NCBI GenBank assembly: GCA_039028615.1
Contig: JBCCHT010000002.1
Span: 192,001 to 256,000 of the forward strand
Direction of reading: 5' to 3'
Length of the DNA: 64,000 bases
Origin: Myxococcota bacterium
Lineage (GTDB): Bacteria; Myxococcota_A; Polyangia; Nannocystales; Nannocystaceae
In this document: in pieces, positions 48,798 to 59,234 of the stretch
Position numbering within the stretch: the stretch's first letter is position 1
Layout: each line of letters opens with the position of its first letter
The notes under the pieces: model-generated
Told to the model about the DNA's origin: nothing
The model's database searches: none
Seen by the model: only the letters and a program-made list of their open reading frames with translations
Position numbers and translations under genes: made by a program

Positions 48798-49651
48798 TCG
48801 AACGAGACGCCGTGAATCGCGTAGCCGAACCCGAACGGGTTCTCGGCCGCGAACAAGAAGTCGACGATCTGCGTGGGGTCGAAGGCGTCGAGGTCCGAGC
48901 CGTCCTGCGGGAACAGCTCGCTGAACGCCAGGCTGCGCGCCTCGGTGCCGACGGTCGGCCACAGCCAGCCACCGAAGGCCCCGTTGCCGGTCGTACGAGC
49001 GATGAACAGCACGGCCCCGCCGCTCTCCATCTCCACCGTGACCCCGCTGTAGCCGCTGGCGTCGTAGGGTTCGCCTCCCGCCAAGGGGAAGCCGATGATG
49101 GCGAAGTCGGCCGCCCCTCCTCCGCTGCCCCCCTGGGTCCACGCCGCGCACGAGGTGTCGACCCAGTCTTCGGTGGGCATCGACACCATGAACGACTGAC
49201 TGACGTCGTCGTCGGCGAACGCGAACCATTCGCCCGACCGGCCTTCGATCTCGCAGATCGAAGTGTCGCAGGAGAAGAAGTTGTCGAGCGTGTTCGACGG
49301 TGCGCCTCCGCACGCTCCGGCCGGACCCGAGTCACCGCTGTCGCCGTCTGCCGGAGGCGGGGTGGGATTCGAACCAGTCGTACCGCTGGTCGAGGTGCTG
49401 GGCCCCTCGTCACCGACATCGAGCGAGCTGGCGTCGACGCAGAGCATCGACAAGCAGGTCAGCCCATCGTTGCAGGTCTCGTTGGGGTAGCAGGCACACC
49501 CCTCGTTGCCGTCGACGCAGGCGCCGTACGTCTCGGTCGCGCTCTCACCATCGCTGTCCTCGAGGTCGACCATGACCGGGGACGGCGAGCACCCCAGCAG
49601 CAAGGCGGCGGCCGACGAGGAAATGAACCGGAGGGAAGCGGAGATGTTCAT
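48794..49651 (-). CDS. hypothetical lipoprotein with Cys-rich module and CBM-like C-terminus
   Basis: LLLGC lipobox; GNEGCACYPNETCNDGLTC; PYDASGYSGVT. Confidence 0.65.
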   Translation of the reverse strand: MNISASLRFISSSAAALLLGCSPSPVMVDLEDSDGESATETYGACVDGNEGCACYPNETCNDGLTCLSMLCVDASSLDVGDEGPSTSTSGTTGSNPTPPPADGDSGDSGPAGACGGAPSNTLDNFFSCDTSICEIEGRSGEWFAFADDDVSQSFMVSMPTEDWVDTSCAAWTQGGSGGGAADFAIIGFPLAGGEPYDASGYSGVTVEMESGGAVLFIARTTGNGAFGGWLWPTVGTEARSLAFSELFPQDGSDLDAFDPTQIVDFLFAAENPFGFGYAIHGVSFD

Positions 49652-49932
49652 GGCGTCTCGGTACTGACAATGCCGAGGCACGGAATCGACCGTGCCGGGT
49701 GGAACGAGGCGTTCGGTCCCCGCGACCGCGCAGTCGTCAACGACGGCCGCTTTGGGCGTGGGTGCGGGGTGCTGCCCCCGATTTGGTGCACGATCGGTAC
49801 CAACCGATCGAGTCCACGCATCGACACAATGAACCATCGAGCCCGCCGAAAACCAGCCAACGTGCCTTGCACAAGTTGCGCAAATGCACCCGCCCTCGAA
49901 AGTGAGCCCGGGCTGAATGCGTCGACTCGAAC

Positions 49933-50649
49933 ATGACACTCACCGTATCGAAAATCGCCACCGTCGCCATGGTCCTGATGATGGGCCGGGGCGGTGGAAC
50001 CAGCGCTCCCGAGACCGTATTCACCGACAGCGATGGTGACGGGGTCCAGGACGCCGACGACCTATGCCCCGGCAGCGACGACACCGTGGATCTCGATGGC
50101 AACGACATCGCCGATTGCAGCGAGACCTTGGCCCCGGAGTTCATGTTCGACAGCCCCGCCGACGTCGCCGGGGCCACGCTCGGGAGCCATACGCTCGCGT
50201 CGTTCTCCCCCAGCGACGGCGGAGGCTACAGCGGCTCTGGCTCCATGCGACTGGTCTCCAACGCAGGCAGCGTGACGTCGGCCGCCTTCGTGTGCGTGAA
50301 CATCATGCCCTGGGAGGACGAGGTCGAGATGTGGTTCAACGTGACCACCGGGTGGAGCCCCGGCTCGCAGGTCCGCACCGGCTATCGGTATTTCAACGGA
50401 TCCGACTGCTCGGGCTCGATTAGCCTGTTCAGCTGGGGCAGCTCGGTGGGCACCACGGGCGCCAGCTCGGGTGCCCCCTGGCCCACGTTCTCCGACCAGC
50501 GGGCGCTGCCCAATGGCACCCGCAGCGTGCAGATCGGCATCACCGTCCCCACGACGCAACCCGATGGCGACCCCTGGTACCTCGACAACCTGCTGGTCCG
50601 CGGTGTCACCGAGAGTGAGAGCTGGGAGGGACCTCCGGGCATGCAGTAG
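49933..50649 (+). CDS. hypothetical secreted protein with TSP3-like Ca-binding repeat
   Basis: DSDGDGVQDADDLCP; C-terminal WYLDNL. Confidence 0.65.
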   Translation: MTLTVSKIATVAMVLMMGRGGGTSAPETVFTDSDGDGVQDADDLCPGSDDTVDLDGNDIADCSETLAPEFMFDSPADVAGATLGSHTLASFSPSDGGGYSGSGSMRLVSNAGSVTSAAFVCVNIMPWEDEVEMWFNVTTGWSPGSQVRTGYRYFNGSDCSGSISLFSWGSSVGTTGASSGAPWPTFSDQRALPNGTRSVQIGITVPTTQPDGDPWYLDNLLVRGVTESESWEGPPGMQ

Positions 50650-50733
50650 CGCCCGCGTGACACTCGTGAGCCCGCGCAGGCCGAAAAGTCGGCCCGCGCG
50701 GGAACTTCCGGCTCCGGCCGTACCCTAACCGCC

Positions 50734-53700
50734 GTGCCAGCTTCGTCTTCGGGCGGCCGCGCCGTGGGTCGGTCGCGATGGTCCCCGTGGTTGTTTCTGG
50801 GCTGCATCGGCGTGGTGTTCGGGGTGCAACGGCAGGCGACTGCGGGCGAACCTGCTCCGGTCGAGCTACCCGTGCGGTCGGGGGCTCGCCCCACGGAGCG
50901 TTTCATCACCGACGCACGCGCGGTCGTGCCTCAGGCCCCGGCAGAAGCGATGGCCGCAGGCCTCGATCCTCTCGATGACGACGCCCCATCTTCGTGCGCG
51001 GCATATCGAAGAGCCGCCCGATCGGCGTCGGGGGCTGCGCTGGCCTACGCGCACTATCGCATCGCGTGGTGCCTGCTCGATCCTCCCGGTCGAGCCCCGT
51101 CCGACGATGCAGGCGCGCTCGAGCACCTGTCGCGCGCCCTCGAGGTGCCGCCACTCCCCACGACCGAGGACGAACAGCACGCAGCGCAGCTGCGCCCCCA
51201 CGTGCAACGAGCGTGGGCCCTGGCCTACGCCCGCGCACGACGCCCATCGCATGCCTGGCGCGATCTCGACGGTGACCCCCGCCGCATGGTCGAGCTCGCC
51301 TCGATCTACTTGGCCGAGGGCATGGCGCTCGAGTCGGTCATCACCCTGCGTCGCTTGGTCCACGAACGACCCGAGGATCCGCAGAGCTGCTCGTGGCTCG
51401 CCCTGTCCGTCGCGGCCGCGGTGTCGTCGGGGTCGCCCACCATCGCGGCTCAGCAGGCGGTCGCGCTCGGAGAGCAATGGTCCGCCCTCGCCGACCGGGC
51501 CCCTTCGCCCGCGCGCACGCCATGCCGCGAGCAAACCGAGTCGCTGCTCCAAGAGGTCGCGACCACCCTCCACCCACGGGCTCGCCGCGACGGACGAGCC
51601 TCGTCGTTCGATGCGGCCGATCGGGTCTTCCGGGAGTCCCTGCACCGGTTCCCGAGCGAACCGTCCGCCCCCGCCATGCGCTATCACCATGCCGAGCTGC
51701 AGCTCGAGCATGGCCACGTGCTGTACGCGGCGCAGGACACCGAGACACGCCGCCGCGCCCTCGACGTCTACCAAGAGGCGCACCAGGACTTCGTCGACCT
51801 GCTCGATGAAGACCCCACCGGTCCGCACCACGCCCGGGCAGCCTACGCTCAGCTCCTCGCCCTGCGTCACGCCCAGGAGCGCACCGACACCCCACCACGG
51901 CTCCACGCCTGCAAGGTCGACAGCACGGGCGTCTGCGTCTACCGGGCGAGGAAGGTCAAAAAGCGGCGCAAGACGAAGAGCACGAACGAGTCCGATCCCG
52001 CAATTGCCGAGCCGCCCCCGTTGCCCTTCTCGGAGGCAGAGCAGGCCCTCTTGGCCGCGTACGACCGCTTCGAGGCCCACGTCGACATCGCCGCCGAGCA
52101 TCCGCAGGAAGCCCCGCGGATCGACTACCGCCGCGCCTTCCTCATGGTCCGCCGCAACCGCTTCGAGCAGGCCCGCCCCCTGCTCGAGCGACTCGTGGTC
52201 GAGCACGACGGCACGAAGTGGGCGGCCTGGGGAGCCACGCTGCTGCTCGACCAGCTCACCATGGAGTGGCTCCGCTCCCGCGGACCCGAGGCTGCCCCTC
52301 GAGCCCGCGACGAGCTCGAGTCCTGGGTCGAGCGACTACCGAAGATGAAGCTGTGGGGGCATCGCGAAGCGCAGCGCCTGCGCGAGCAAGTCCCTTCGCT
52401 GATGGCCGGCCTCCTGTGGCAGAAGGCCGAGTACTTTCGCGAGCAGGAGCGCTACGAGGAGTGCGGGGAGCAGTTCGTCGCCATCCGTAACCGGTTCGAC
52501 GAGCACGACCGCGCCGATTCCCTGCTCTTCAATGCCGCACGATGCTTCGATCATGCCCACCAGGTAGGCAACGCCATCCAGGTACGCGAGGCCTTGTTGG
52601 CCGACTACCCCGAATCCGCGCACGCCCGGCAGACCCTGCTGGAGCTCGCCCAGATCTACGAAGCCCTCGCCGAGTACCCACGAGCCGCTCAGCGCTACGA
52701 GCAGTTTGCCGAGGCCTACCGCAAAGACTCCGAAGCCGCGCCCGCATTGGCCAAGGCCTACGTGTTTCGCCGCGCGCTGGGCCAGCGCGATCGAGCCACC
52801 GAGAACCTGACGCGCTACGAGTCGCTCTTCGCCCGGCGGGACGTCGGCCGAGCCGCGACGGTGTTCTGGTCTCAGTCCGAGCTGCTCGACGACTCCAAGG
52901 CCCGCGAGGCTCATGCCCGCGAGTACATCGCCCGCTACGGGTCCAAAGGCGGCATCGATCGGCTGGCGGTCGCCCACGCCACGCTGGGCCGCGAGCTGTG
53001 GCGCACGTCCTGTGTGCGCCCCGCGGCCGACGGCACCTGCGTAACGATGAAGTACGCCGCGGTCGATGCGTCCCCTGGTGAGTTCTGCACCGCCCGTCGG
53101 GTCACCGCGCTGCAGATCGGGCGTCGTCGCAAAGTCCGAGCCGAACGAGCCCAGGAACACTTGACGCGAGCCGTCGAGCTCGCGGAACGCGTGCTCGAAC
53201 GCCCGCTGGACCCCGCCCGTCAACAGGCGCTGGTCGAGGCCTTGGCGATGGCCCGGGTCCTGGCGGCACAGCCCGCCTACGAAGCCTTCCTTCGCGAGAC
53301 CTCGGCGTCGCACGGCACCACGCTCACCGAGCTGCGAGACCTCCACGAACGCCTCGATCCCGAGCTCGAGGAGCTGAAGGTCGCCTATCGAGAAATCTTC
53401 GAGCTCGGGCACGGACCATGGGCAGGGCGAGCAGCCTGGCAGTGGACCCTCGCGCACGACCGACTCGGAGATGAGCTTCGAATCGAGGTGCCCGAAACGA
53501 AGTCGGGCCCGAGCGAGCGCAGCTCATACTGCAAGCGGAAACGCGGCCCCGCCGATGCCCTACACGAAGCCGCCACTCAAGCCCTCCAGTTTTGCGTGGA
53601 GCGGGCCATGCAGGGGCAGTCCTTCGGCCCCTTTGCGCGAGCGTGCGAGCAGGAGCTCCAGCGCCGCAAGCCGAAGGAGTACCCGCCGACCTACGAGCTG

Positions 53701-53775
53701 TTCGATCGCAGCCGCTACACCCATGCCCCGATGGTCCCGGTCGGCGTACAGCTCGAGCCGCAACCAAGCGAATGA
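50734..53775 (+). CDS. large tetratricopeptide-repeat protein
   Basis: Helical repeats (ADSLLFNAARCF, YPESAHARQTLLELA, YEQFAEAY); signal-peptide-like N-terminus. Confidence 0.8.
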   Translation: MPASSSGGRAVGRSRWSPWLFLGCIGVVFGVQRQATAGEPAPVELPVRSGARPTERFITDARAVVPQAPAEAMAAGLDPLDDDAPSSCAAYRRAARSASGAALAYAHYRIAWCLLDPPGRAPSDDAGALEHLSRALEVPPLPTTEDEQHAAQLRPHVQRAWALAYARARRPSHAWRDLDGDPRRMVELASIYLAEGMALESVITLRRLVHERPEDPQSCSWLALSVAAAVSSGSPTIAAQQAVALGEQWSALADRAPSPARTPCREQTESLLQEVATTLHPRARRDGRASSFDAADRVFRESLHRFPSEPSAPAMRYHHAELQLEHGHVLYAAQDTETRRRALDVYQEAHQDFVDLLDEDPTGPHHARAAYAQLLALRHAQERTDTPPRLHACKVDSTGVCVYRARKVKKRRKTKSTNESDPAIAEPPPLPFSEAEQALLAAYDRFEAHVDIAAEHPQEAPRIDYRRAFLMVRRNRFEQARPLLERLVVEHDGTKWAAWGATLLLDQLTMEWLRSRGPEAAPRARDELESWVERLPKMKLWGHREAQRLREQVPSLMAGLLWQKAEYFREQERYEECGEQFVAIRNRFDEHDRADSLLFNAARCFDHAHQVGNAIQVREALLADYPESAHARQTLLELAQIYEALAEYPRAAQRYEQFAEAYRKDSEAAPALAKAYVFRRALGQRDRATENLTRYESLFARRDVGRAATVFWSQSELLDDSKAREAHAREYIARYGSKGGIDRLAVAHATLGRELWRTSCVRPAADGTCVTMKYAAVDASPGEFCTARRVTALQIGRRRKVRAERAQEHLTRAVELAERVLERPLDPARQQALVEALAMARVLAAQPAYEAFLRETSASHGTTLTELRDLHERLDPELEELKVAYREIFELGHGPWAGRAAWQWTLAHDRLGDELRIEVPETKSGPSERSSYCKRKRGPADALHEAATQALQFCVERAMQGQSFGPFARACEQELQRRKPKEYPPTYELFDRSRYTHAPMVPVGVQLEPQPSE

Positions 53776-53802
53776 GGCACGACCCTGACGGCCGTGCCTC
53801 AT
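53772..53802. terminator. hairpin between convergent genes
   Basis: atgaggcacg...cgtgcctcat 10-bp stem; no U tract. Confidence 0.45.
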
Positions 53803-53817
53803 GCCGCCCGACGTAGC

Positions 53818-55071
53818 TCAGTACTCGTAGCCGCGCACGCCGACTTTCACCTCGACCAAGAGGCCATAGTCGACTCGAGACTCGCCCGCGGCTCGGCCCG
53901 CCAGGAACACGTCGATGAGGGGTGAGACGCCCATGCGCACGTTGGGCTTGCTCGTGGCCAGCTCGCCCGCCTTGCCCACCGGGTACCAGTACAGCCACGT
54001 CTCGAAGCGCAGGACGTGGATGTCGTTGAACGGGTTGTAGCCCCGGTCGCTCCCCGCCGCGGCGTAGCTCACCGCCGGGCCGAGGCCGAGCTGCGACAAC
54101 GCATTGCCCACCCGCCCCTTGCCGCTGTGAATGCTCAGCAACACGGGCAGCGTGATCGTGAACGCGGGCCGAGTGACGGGCCCGGTGATGATCGAGGGCA
54201 CCGTGAAGTCGGGCGTGGTGGCGTCACCATCGTCGATGACCACGCCGACCTCGTCCGCGTCGGACCACTGGCGGTCGTAGCGAAGCAGGACCTGCGGCGC
54301 GACCCGAGTCTTCCGCGGGGGATGGATGTAGGCCAAAAATCGGGCCTTGGTCTGAAACGAGTGCCGGGTCTCGGACTCGCTCGACTCGGACTGCAGCGGC
54401 GAGAACCGGAAGGTCTGCACGCCCCACGCCCCCTCGAAGTTCAGCTGATAGAACTTCGCCGGGGTGTCCGACTCGAACGAGGTGACGTCGCGGATCCAGT
54501 CGAAGGTACCGCCGACGCGCCATGCCCCCGAGAAGCCATTGAGCGAGTCGATGGCCGCGCGCCCGCTGCCGCTGGCGCTCGACTGGGTCACGGGCAGACG
54601 CGCCCGCAGCCCGATCCGATAGCTGTTGCACACGTCGACCAGCTCCGCGTCTTCGTCGAACTCCTCGTCGTCGTCGGGCCCCGGGCAGATGGGACCGATG
54701 GTGAGGTCGCCGCCCACGTTGAGCTCGCTGCCGCGATCGACGACGTCGAGATCGGCAAAGGGCGCCGGCTTGACGTCGGGCTTGTCCTCGTCGGCGGGCT
54801 CGGGTTCCGGCTCGGGCTCGGGTTCCGGCTCGACGCCACCATCACCACCCCCGCCCCCTGGAGTGGGCGGCACCGGTCGCGGCGGCGGCGGAGGCAAGGG
54901 CGTCGGCGGCTCGACCGGAGGATCGGGCAGGTCCGGCAACGGCACGGTGGTCGGCCGCGGCGTTGGTTCGGGATCGGGATCGGGATCGACGGGGACTTCG
55001 TCGGGATCGGGACGCGGCTGGGCTCCGACGGCGAGCGACGCGGCGAACACCGCGACGAGCCAGCTGCTCAT
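53818..55071 (-). CDS. hypothetical secreted protein (Pro-rich N-terminus, beta-rich C-terminus)
   Basis: Signal peptide, Pro-rich linker, amphipathic strands, terminal aromatic residue. Confidence 0.65.
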   Translation of the reverse strand: MSSWLVAVFAASLAVGAQPRPDPDEVPVDPDPDPEPTPRPTTVPLPDLPDPPVEPPTPLPPPPPRPVPPTPGGGGGDGGVEPEPEPEPEPEPADEDKPDVKPAPFADLDVVDRGSELNVGGDLTIGPICPGPDDDEEFDEDAELVDVCNSYRIGLRARLPVTQSSASGSGRAAIDSLNGFSGAWRVGGTFDWIRDVTSFESDTPAKFYQLNFEGAWGVQTFRFSPLQSESSESETRHSFQTKARFLAYIHPPRKTRVAPQVLLRYDRQWSDADEVGVVIDDGDATTPDFTVPSIITGPVTRPAFTITLPVLLSIHSGKGRVGNALSQLGLGPAVSYAAAGSDRGYNPFNDIHVLRFETWLYWYPVGKAGELATSKPNVRMGVSPLIDVFLAGRAAGESRVDYGLLVEVKVGVRGYEY

Positions 55072-55346
55072 ATCCGGATCTCCAGCTCCCCGTATCCGCG
55101 GTCGAGGGTCAGCTCGAGCCGTTGGTCATCCACCACGCCAGGCAGGTCGATGGTGAGTCGGTAGCGCGCGCTGCCGTTGCCGAACACGCGTACCTTGATC
55201 TGGACGTCGTCATCGTCGATCGAGCCGCTCCAGCTTCGCTCGGTATCGCCGCTGTCGGCGATCCTCTTTCTGCGGTCGACGAAGGCGTAAAAGCGCTCGA
55301 TCGTACCTTCGACCGGGCTCATCTTGAGGGTCAGTGAACGGGCCAT
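55068..55346 (-). CDS. small hypothetical protein
   Basis: AGGAG RBS before MARSLTLK; 4-nt overlap with the downstream gene. Confidence 0.6.
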   Translation of the reverse strand: MARSLTLKMSPVEGTIERFYAFVDRRKRIADSGDTERSWSGSIDDDDVQIKVRVFGNGSARYRLTIDLPGVVDDQRLELTLDRGYGELEIRI

Positions 55347-55433
55347 GGGGGTCTCCTTTGGAGGCCCGTGGAGGATACAACGAAAGCGCCGCATCTCTGC
55401 GGCGCCTTCGCTCGTTCACGACCAACCGGGCCG

Positions 55434-57173
55434 TCAGTCGACGCGAACGACGTCGAGCGCGACCTTGGCCCGGCTCGGCTTTTCGGCCACGCGGATCTCG
55501 TAGAGCTGGCCGTCGTCGTCCTCGACGAAGAGCACGTCTCCGGCCGCAATCCGAACCTTCTCGTGGGCGGTGTCCTCGTCGACGAGGTCCGTGGAGGAGA
55601 CCTTGTTGCTCAGCCCGCGGTCGGAGAAAAAGCCCGGGTTCGAGTAGTCGTAGCCCCGCACGGGGTGGCCCTCGTCGTCGAGGCGGATGTCGTCCTCGCC
55701 CACGAAGAACAGCCAGTCCTCGTCGTCCGCCCGCACGTAGTAGAAGTCCGCGTCGCCGACCGTGCTGTTGGTGATGAGGGACGCGAACTCGCGCAGCGCC
55801 TCGGGGTTCTGCTCGAGGTTCTCGCGGGTCTGGCTGATGAGCAGCTCGGGATCGACCCCGACGTCGACGTCGGTCAGGCTCATCGCGACGTCGGCCTCGC
55901 CCTCGGCCAGCCCACCGTCGTGGAGCCGCACCTGGGCGATCTCCAAGATCAGGTCCCACAGGTACTGGCCCGGCGGCGGATCGCCGAGGTCGTTGAAGGT
56001 CTCCATGGTGACCCAGCCGTCTTCCTCGACGCAGGCCACGAAGGCCTCGGTACCCGTGCCCAGCTCGTAGCTGTCGCAGTGCGCCGGGATCTGGGCCGCG
56101 ACCTCGCGCCCCATCTGCATGATGAGGTGCTCGAACTCGTACTCGGGCAGGTCCCAGGCGGGCGAGTTGCCCTGCCCCGCCGGCTCGCGCGAGGTGCCGC
56201 CCGAGATGAACGCGTCGTTCTCGAAGACGGTGAAGGTCAGCTCCTCGACCCGCGGCTCGGGCACGAGGCCCTCGATGTCCATCCAGTCGGGATCGGAGTA
56301 GTCGTGGGCCGTCTCGATCTGCGCGCCGATGCTGTTGATGCTCGCCACGCTCACGTTGGTGAGGTCGGTGCCCTTGAAGGGCAGCGCGTTGGCGTTGACC
56401 TTGGTGCTCATGACGAACTCGTCGGCGACCACGGTCAGGCCCCGCGCCGCGGACACGAAGCCGGGGTGGAAGATGCCGGTCTCCTGGTTGTCGTAGCGCC
56501 CGAAGCGTTCGGCCATGTCCTCGAAGTTGGTGACGACATCGGCCAGCGTCAGCGGGATCGAGTTCTCCGCCACCGGATAGAGCCCATCGGGGTGCTCCTC
56601 GTCGGGCAGCCCGCGGCGCCACTGCGCGTTGGGGTGCGAGCCGACCACGTGCCGCAGCATGACCTCGGCCACGATCTCGGGCGGGATGAAATCGTCGGTG
56701 ACCCCGACGCCCAGTAGGTTGGCCAGCGCCCGCGCGGGCGGAATGCCGACCGAGCCGGACAGCGCGATGAGGTTCTCCAGGCTGGTGCCCTCGAGGTCGG
56801 CCGTGTCCGGCGTCATCGTCAGCAGCTCGCGCATGTTCTGCGCGGGCACGCCGAGCTGCTCGACCTCCTCGCTCGGCAGCTCGCGCAGCTGCTCGAGGGA
56901 GTTGACCATCAGCGGGGTGATGTCGAGGTCGGCCAGCCACACGTCCTCGAGAATGACGCGGGGCATCCCCTGGAGCTGACTGAGGCTGAGCCGATTGTCG
57001 AAGCCCACCACGTCGAGCCGCAGGTAGCGGAGCTCCACGTCGCGGTTTTCTCCCACCGCCACCGGAGCGGCCTGCTCCACCTCGTCGGGCAGCGGGACCG
57101 TCTCGTCGCCGCAGCTCAGGGCACAAAGACCGAGGGCGAGGGCGTAGGCGGTCGGGGTCGTTCGTCGTCGCAT
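55434..57173 (-). CDS. conserved hypothetical lipoprotein (paralog of 57197-59047)
   Basis: ALSC lipobox; shared blocks QYLWDLILEIAQVRLHD, DFYY, YSNPGFF. Confidence 0.8.
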   Translation of the reverse strand: MRRRTTPTAYALALGLCALSCGDETVPLPDEVEQAAPVAVGENRDVELRYLRLDVVGFDNRLSLSQLQGMPRVILEDVWLADLDITPLMVNSLEQLRELPSEEVEQLGVPAQNMRELLTMTPDTADLEGTSLENLIALSGSVGIPPARALANLLGVGVTDDFIPPEIVAEVMLRHVVGSHPNAQWRRGLPDEEHPDGLYPVAENSIPLTLADVVTNFEDMAERFGRYDNQETGIFHPGFVSAARGLTVVADEFVMSTKVNANALPFKGTDLTNVSVASINSIGAQIETAHDYSDPDWMDIEGLVPEPRVEELTFTVFENDAFISGGTSREPAGQGNSPAWDLPEYEFEHLIMQMGREVAAQIPAHCDSYELGTGTEAFVACVEEDGWVTMETFNDLGDPPPGQYLWDLILEIAQVRLHDGGLAEGEADVAMSLTDVDVGVDPELLISQTRENLEQNPEALREFASLITNSTVGDADFYYVRADDEDWLFFVGEDDIRLDDEGHPVRGYDYSNPGFFSDRGLSNKVSSTDLVDEDTAHEKVRIAAGDVLFVEDDDGQLYEIRVAEKPSRAKVALDVVRVD

Positions 57174-57196
57174 GTCTTGCACTCTCCTCGGCCTTG

Positions 57197-59047
57197 CTAG
57201 AGGACCACGGGGGCGACCCCGACCTCGATCTCGGTGTCGTCGTCACCCACGTCGAAGCGCGCTCGGAACACGGTGCCGGCGTCGTCCTCGAAGTAGTAGA
57301 TGCTCTCGCCCGCGGGCAGCGCGAGCTTCTCGTGGGTCATGTCGGCGAGCCCCTCGATCACCGTCAGCGAGGCCTTGTCGGTCAGCGCCGCGTCGTGGAA
57401 CAGACCCGGGTTTGTGTAGTCGTAGGGCGCGCCCTCGGAGCGGTCTTCGGGGGCGGTGAAGTAGATGTACGCGTTCCCGTCCTCGGCTCGCCGGTAGTAG
57501 AAATCGACGGGGTCGTTGTCTTCCTTGAAGTCGCCCAGCAGGAAGTCCGAGATGTCGCTGGCCTGGTCCTGCAGGTAGGGCCGCACCGCTTCGGCCGCTT
57601 CGGACCCGGTCAGCCCCACCGGGATGTCCTCGACGGTGAACGCCAGCTGGACCCCCTCGGGGAAGGTGGCGAAGCCGCTGTCGTGCAGTCGGACCTGGGC
57701 GACCTCGAGGATCGTCTCCCAGATGTACTGATCCTCGGGCGGGCTGCCGAGGTTGAAGAGCACGTCGTACTGGATCCAGCCCGGCGGGTTGCCGTTCTGA
57801 CCGATGTGCACCTCGGCCGTGCCGAGCAGGTAGGCCAGCGTGTTGGTCAGCCCCTCGTAGTCGGTGAGCGCCGCGTCGGTGACCAAGTACTCGAAGGTCC
57901 ACGGGTCGAGCGCCCAGACCGACTGGGCCGAAGACGGCGCGCCCGGGAGGTTGCCGTGGCACGTGGCCGAGCCCGTGCACGAGGGCACGAACAGCGGGTG
58001 CTCGCCCAGGGAGAAGCGCATGTCGATGCGCAGATCCTCCACCAGCCCCTCGACGCGGAATTTCTTCTCGTCGTTGAAGTCGAACTCGAGCTCGTCGTTG
58101 AAGGTGGGCCCGGTCTGGTCGACCACGACCGACGCGAAGCCCTTGCCCGCGCCTTCCGAGCCGCCGTCGGCATCCACCCCGTCGACGATGCGGAGGTTGG
58201 AGTCGGCCAGCGCGACCATGCGGAAGTCGGGGCCGAAGACCTGCCCCTGCACGGGGAAGCTGGGATCGACCACGCCGGGATGGTCGCCCTGCGGCCCGTA
58301 GCGCTCGGTGAGCGTAGACAGGTCGGAGAGCGCGTCGGCCAGCGTGAAGTTCAGCCGCCCGCCTTCACCGACGGCGGGATGACTGGCGGCAAAGTTGTCG
58401 CGGAAGGACTCGACCAGCGACTGGGTGGTGATCACCGGGTCCGTCCGCGCAATGCTCAGGGCATCGGCGAGAATCTGTCCGTAGTTGTCGAGGATGAAGA
58501 ACGTCGACAGCGTGTCGGCGAGCTCGGCCAGCCCCTCGCTGGAGGTGCCGGAGACGTCGACGTTGGCCGGCGTCATGGTGAGTAGCCGGACCATGGCGTA
58601 CTCGGCACTGGTCTGCCACGTGCCGTCCGGGCCCATGAAGGTCTGCCCCAGCGGCGTCAACGTACAGTCGTGACCGGGGTCGGTGTTGTCGAACTGCCAC
58701 GCGACTCCGCAGGCGTCCCGCACCGCGAGCAACGTGTTGGTCAGCAGCGGCTCCGAGTCGAGCTCGAGCAGCAGCACGTCATCGGCCTGCTCACCGAACA
58801 GCTCGGCCACTTCCTCCTTGTTCATCTCGAGGGTCAGCGGGGCGGGGGTCTCCTCGTTGAGACGCAGCTCGATGACTTGCTCGTTGCCGACACCCGGACC
58901 CGCCGTTTCGTCGACGCCCTCGTCTCCCGATGTTCCGCCCGTGTCGACGGAACCATCGGTACCGCCAGCCGAACCTCCCCCTGCGCTCGACGAGTTACAA
59001 CCACTCGCGAGCGCAGCGAGCACACTTGCCGCCATCCGCCACCGCAT
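57197..59047 (-). CDS. conserved hypothetical lipoprotein (paralog of 55434-57173)
   Basis: LASGC lipobox; QYIWETILEVAQVRLHD, DFYY, YTNPGLF. Confidence 0.8.
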   Translation of the reverse strand: MRWRMAASVLAALASGCNSSSAGGGSAGGTDGSVDTGGTSGDEGVDETAGPGVGNEQVIELRLNEETPAPLTLEMNKEEVAELFGEQADDVLLLELDSEPLLTNTLLAVRDACGVAWQFDNTDPGHDCTLTPLGQTFMGPDGTWQTSAEYAMVRLLTMTPANVDVSGTSSEGLAELADTLSTFFILDNYGQILADALSIARTDPVITTQSLVESFRDNFAASHPAVGEGGRLNFTLADALSDLSTLTERYGPQGDHPGVVDPSFPVQGQVFGPDFRMVALADSNLRIVDGVDADGGSEGAGKGFASVVVDQTGPTFNDELEFDFNDEKKFRVEGLVEDLRIDMRFSLGEHPLFVPSCTGSATCHGNLPGAPSSAQSVWALDPWTFEYLVTDAALTDYEGLTNTLAYLLGTAEVHIGQNGNPPGWIQYDVLFNLGSPPEDQYIWETILEVAQVRLHDSGFATFPEGVQLAFTVEDIPVGLTGSEAAEAVRPYLQDQASDISDFLLGDFKEDNDPVDFYYRRAEDGNAYIYFTAPEDRSEGAPYDYTNPGLFHDAALTDKASLTVIEGLADMTHEKLALPAGESIYYFEDDAGTVFRARFDVGDDDTEIEVGVAPVVL

Positions 59048-59234
59048 CGGCCCATCTTCCGAGATTTTCCGGGTAAATTCGAGGCCTAACGCGGGCTTTG
59101 GACCCATTGAAGGCGTGATTTCCCGAGCGGCCATCGGCGGCGGTGGCCGCCGTGTGCGGGCCCACGGCTGCGGCGGAGATAGAGCGGCGCGGTGGCCGCG
59201 AAGACGATCTCTTTTCGCAGTCCGAACGAGTCCC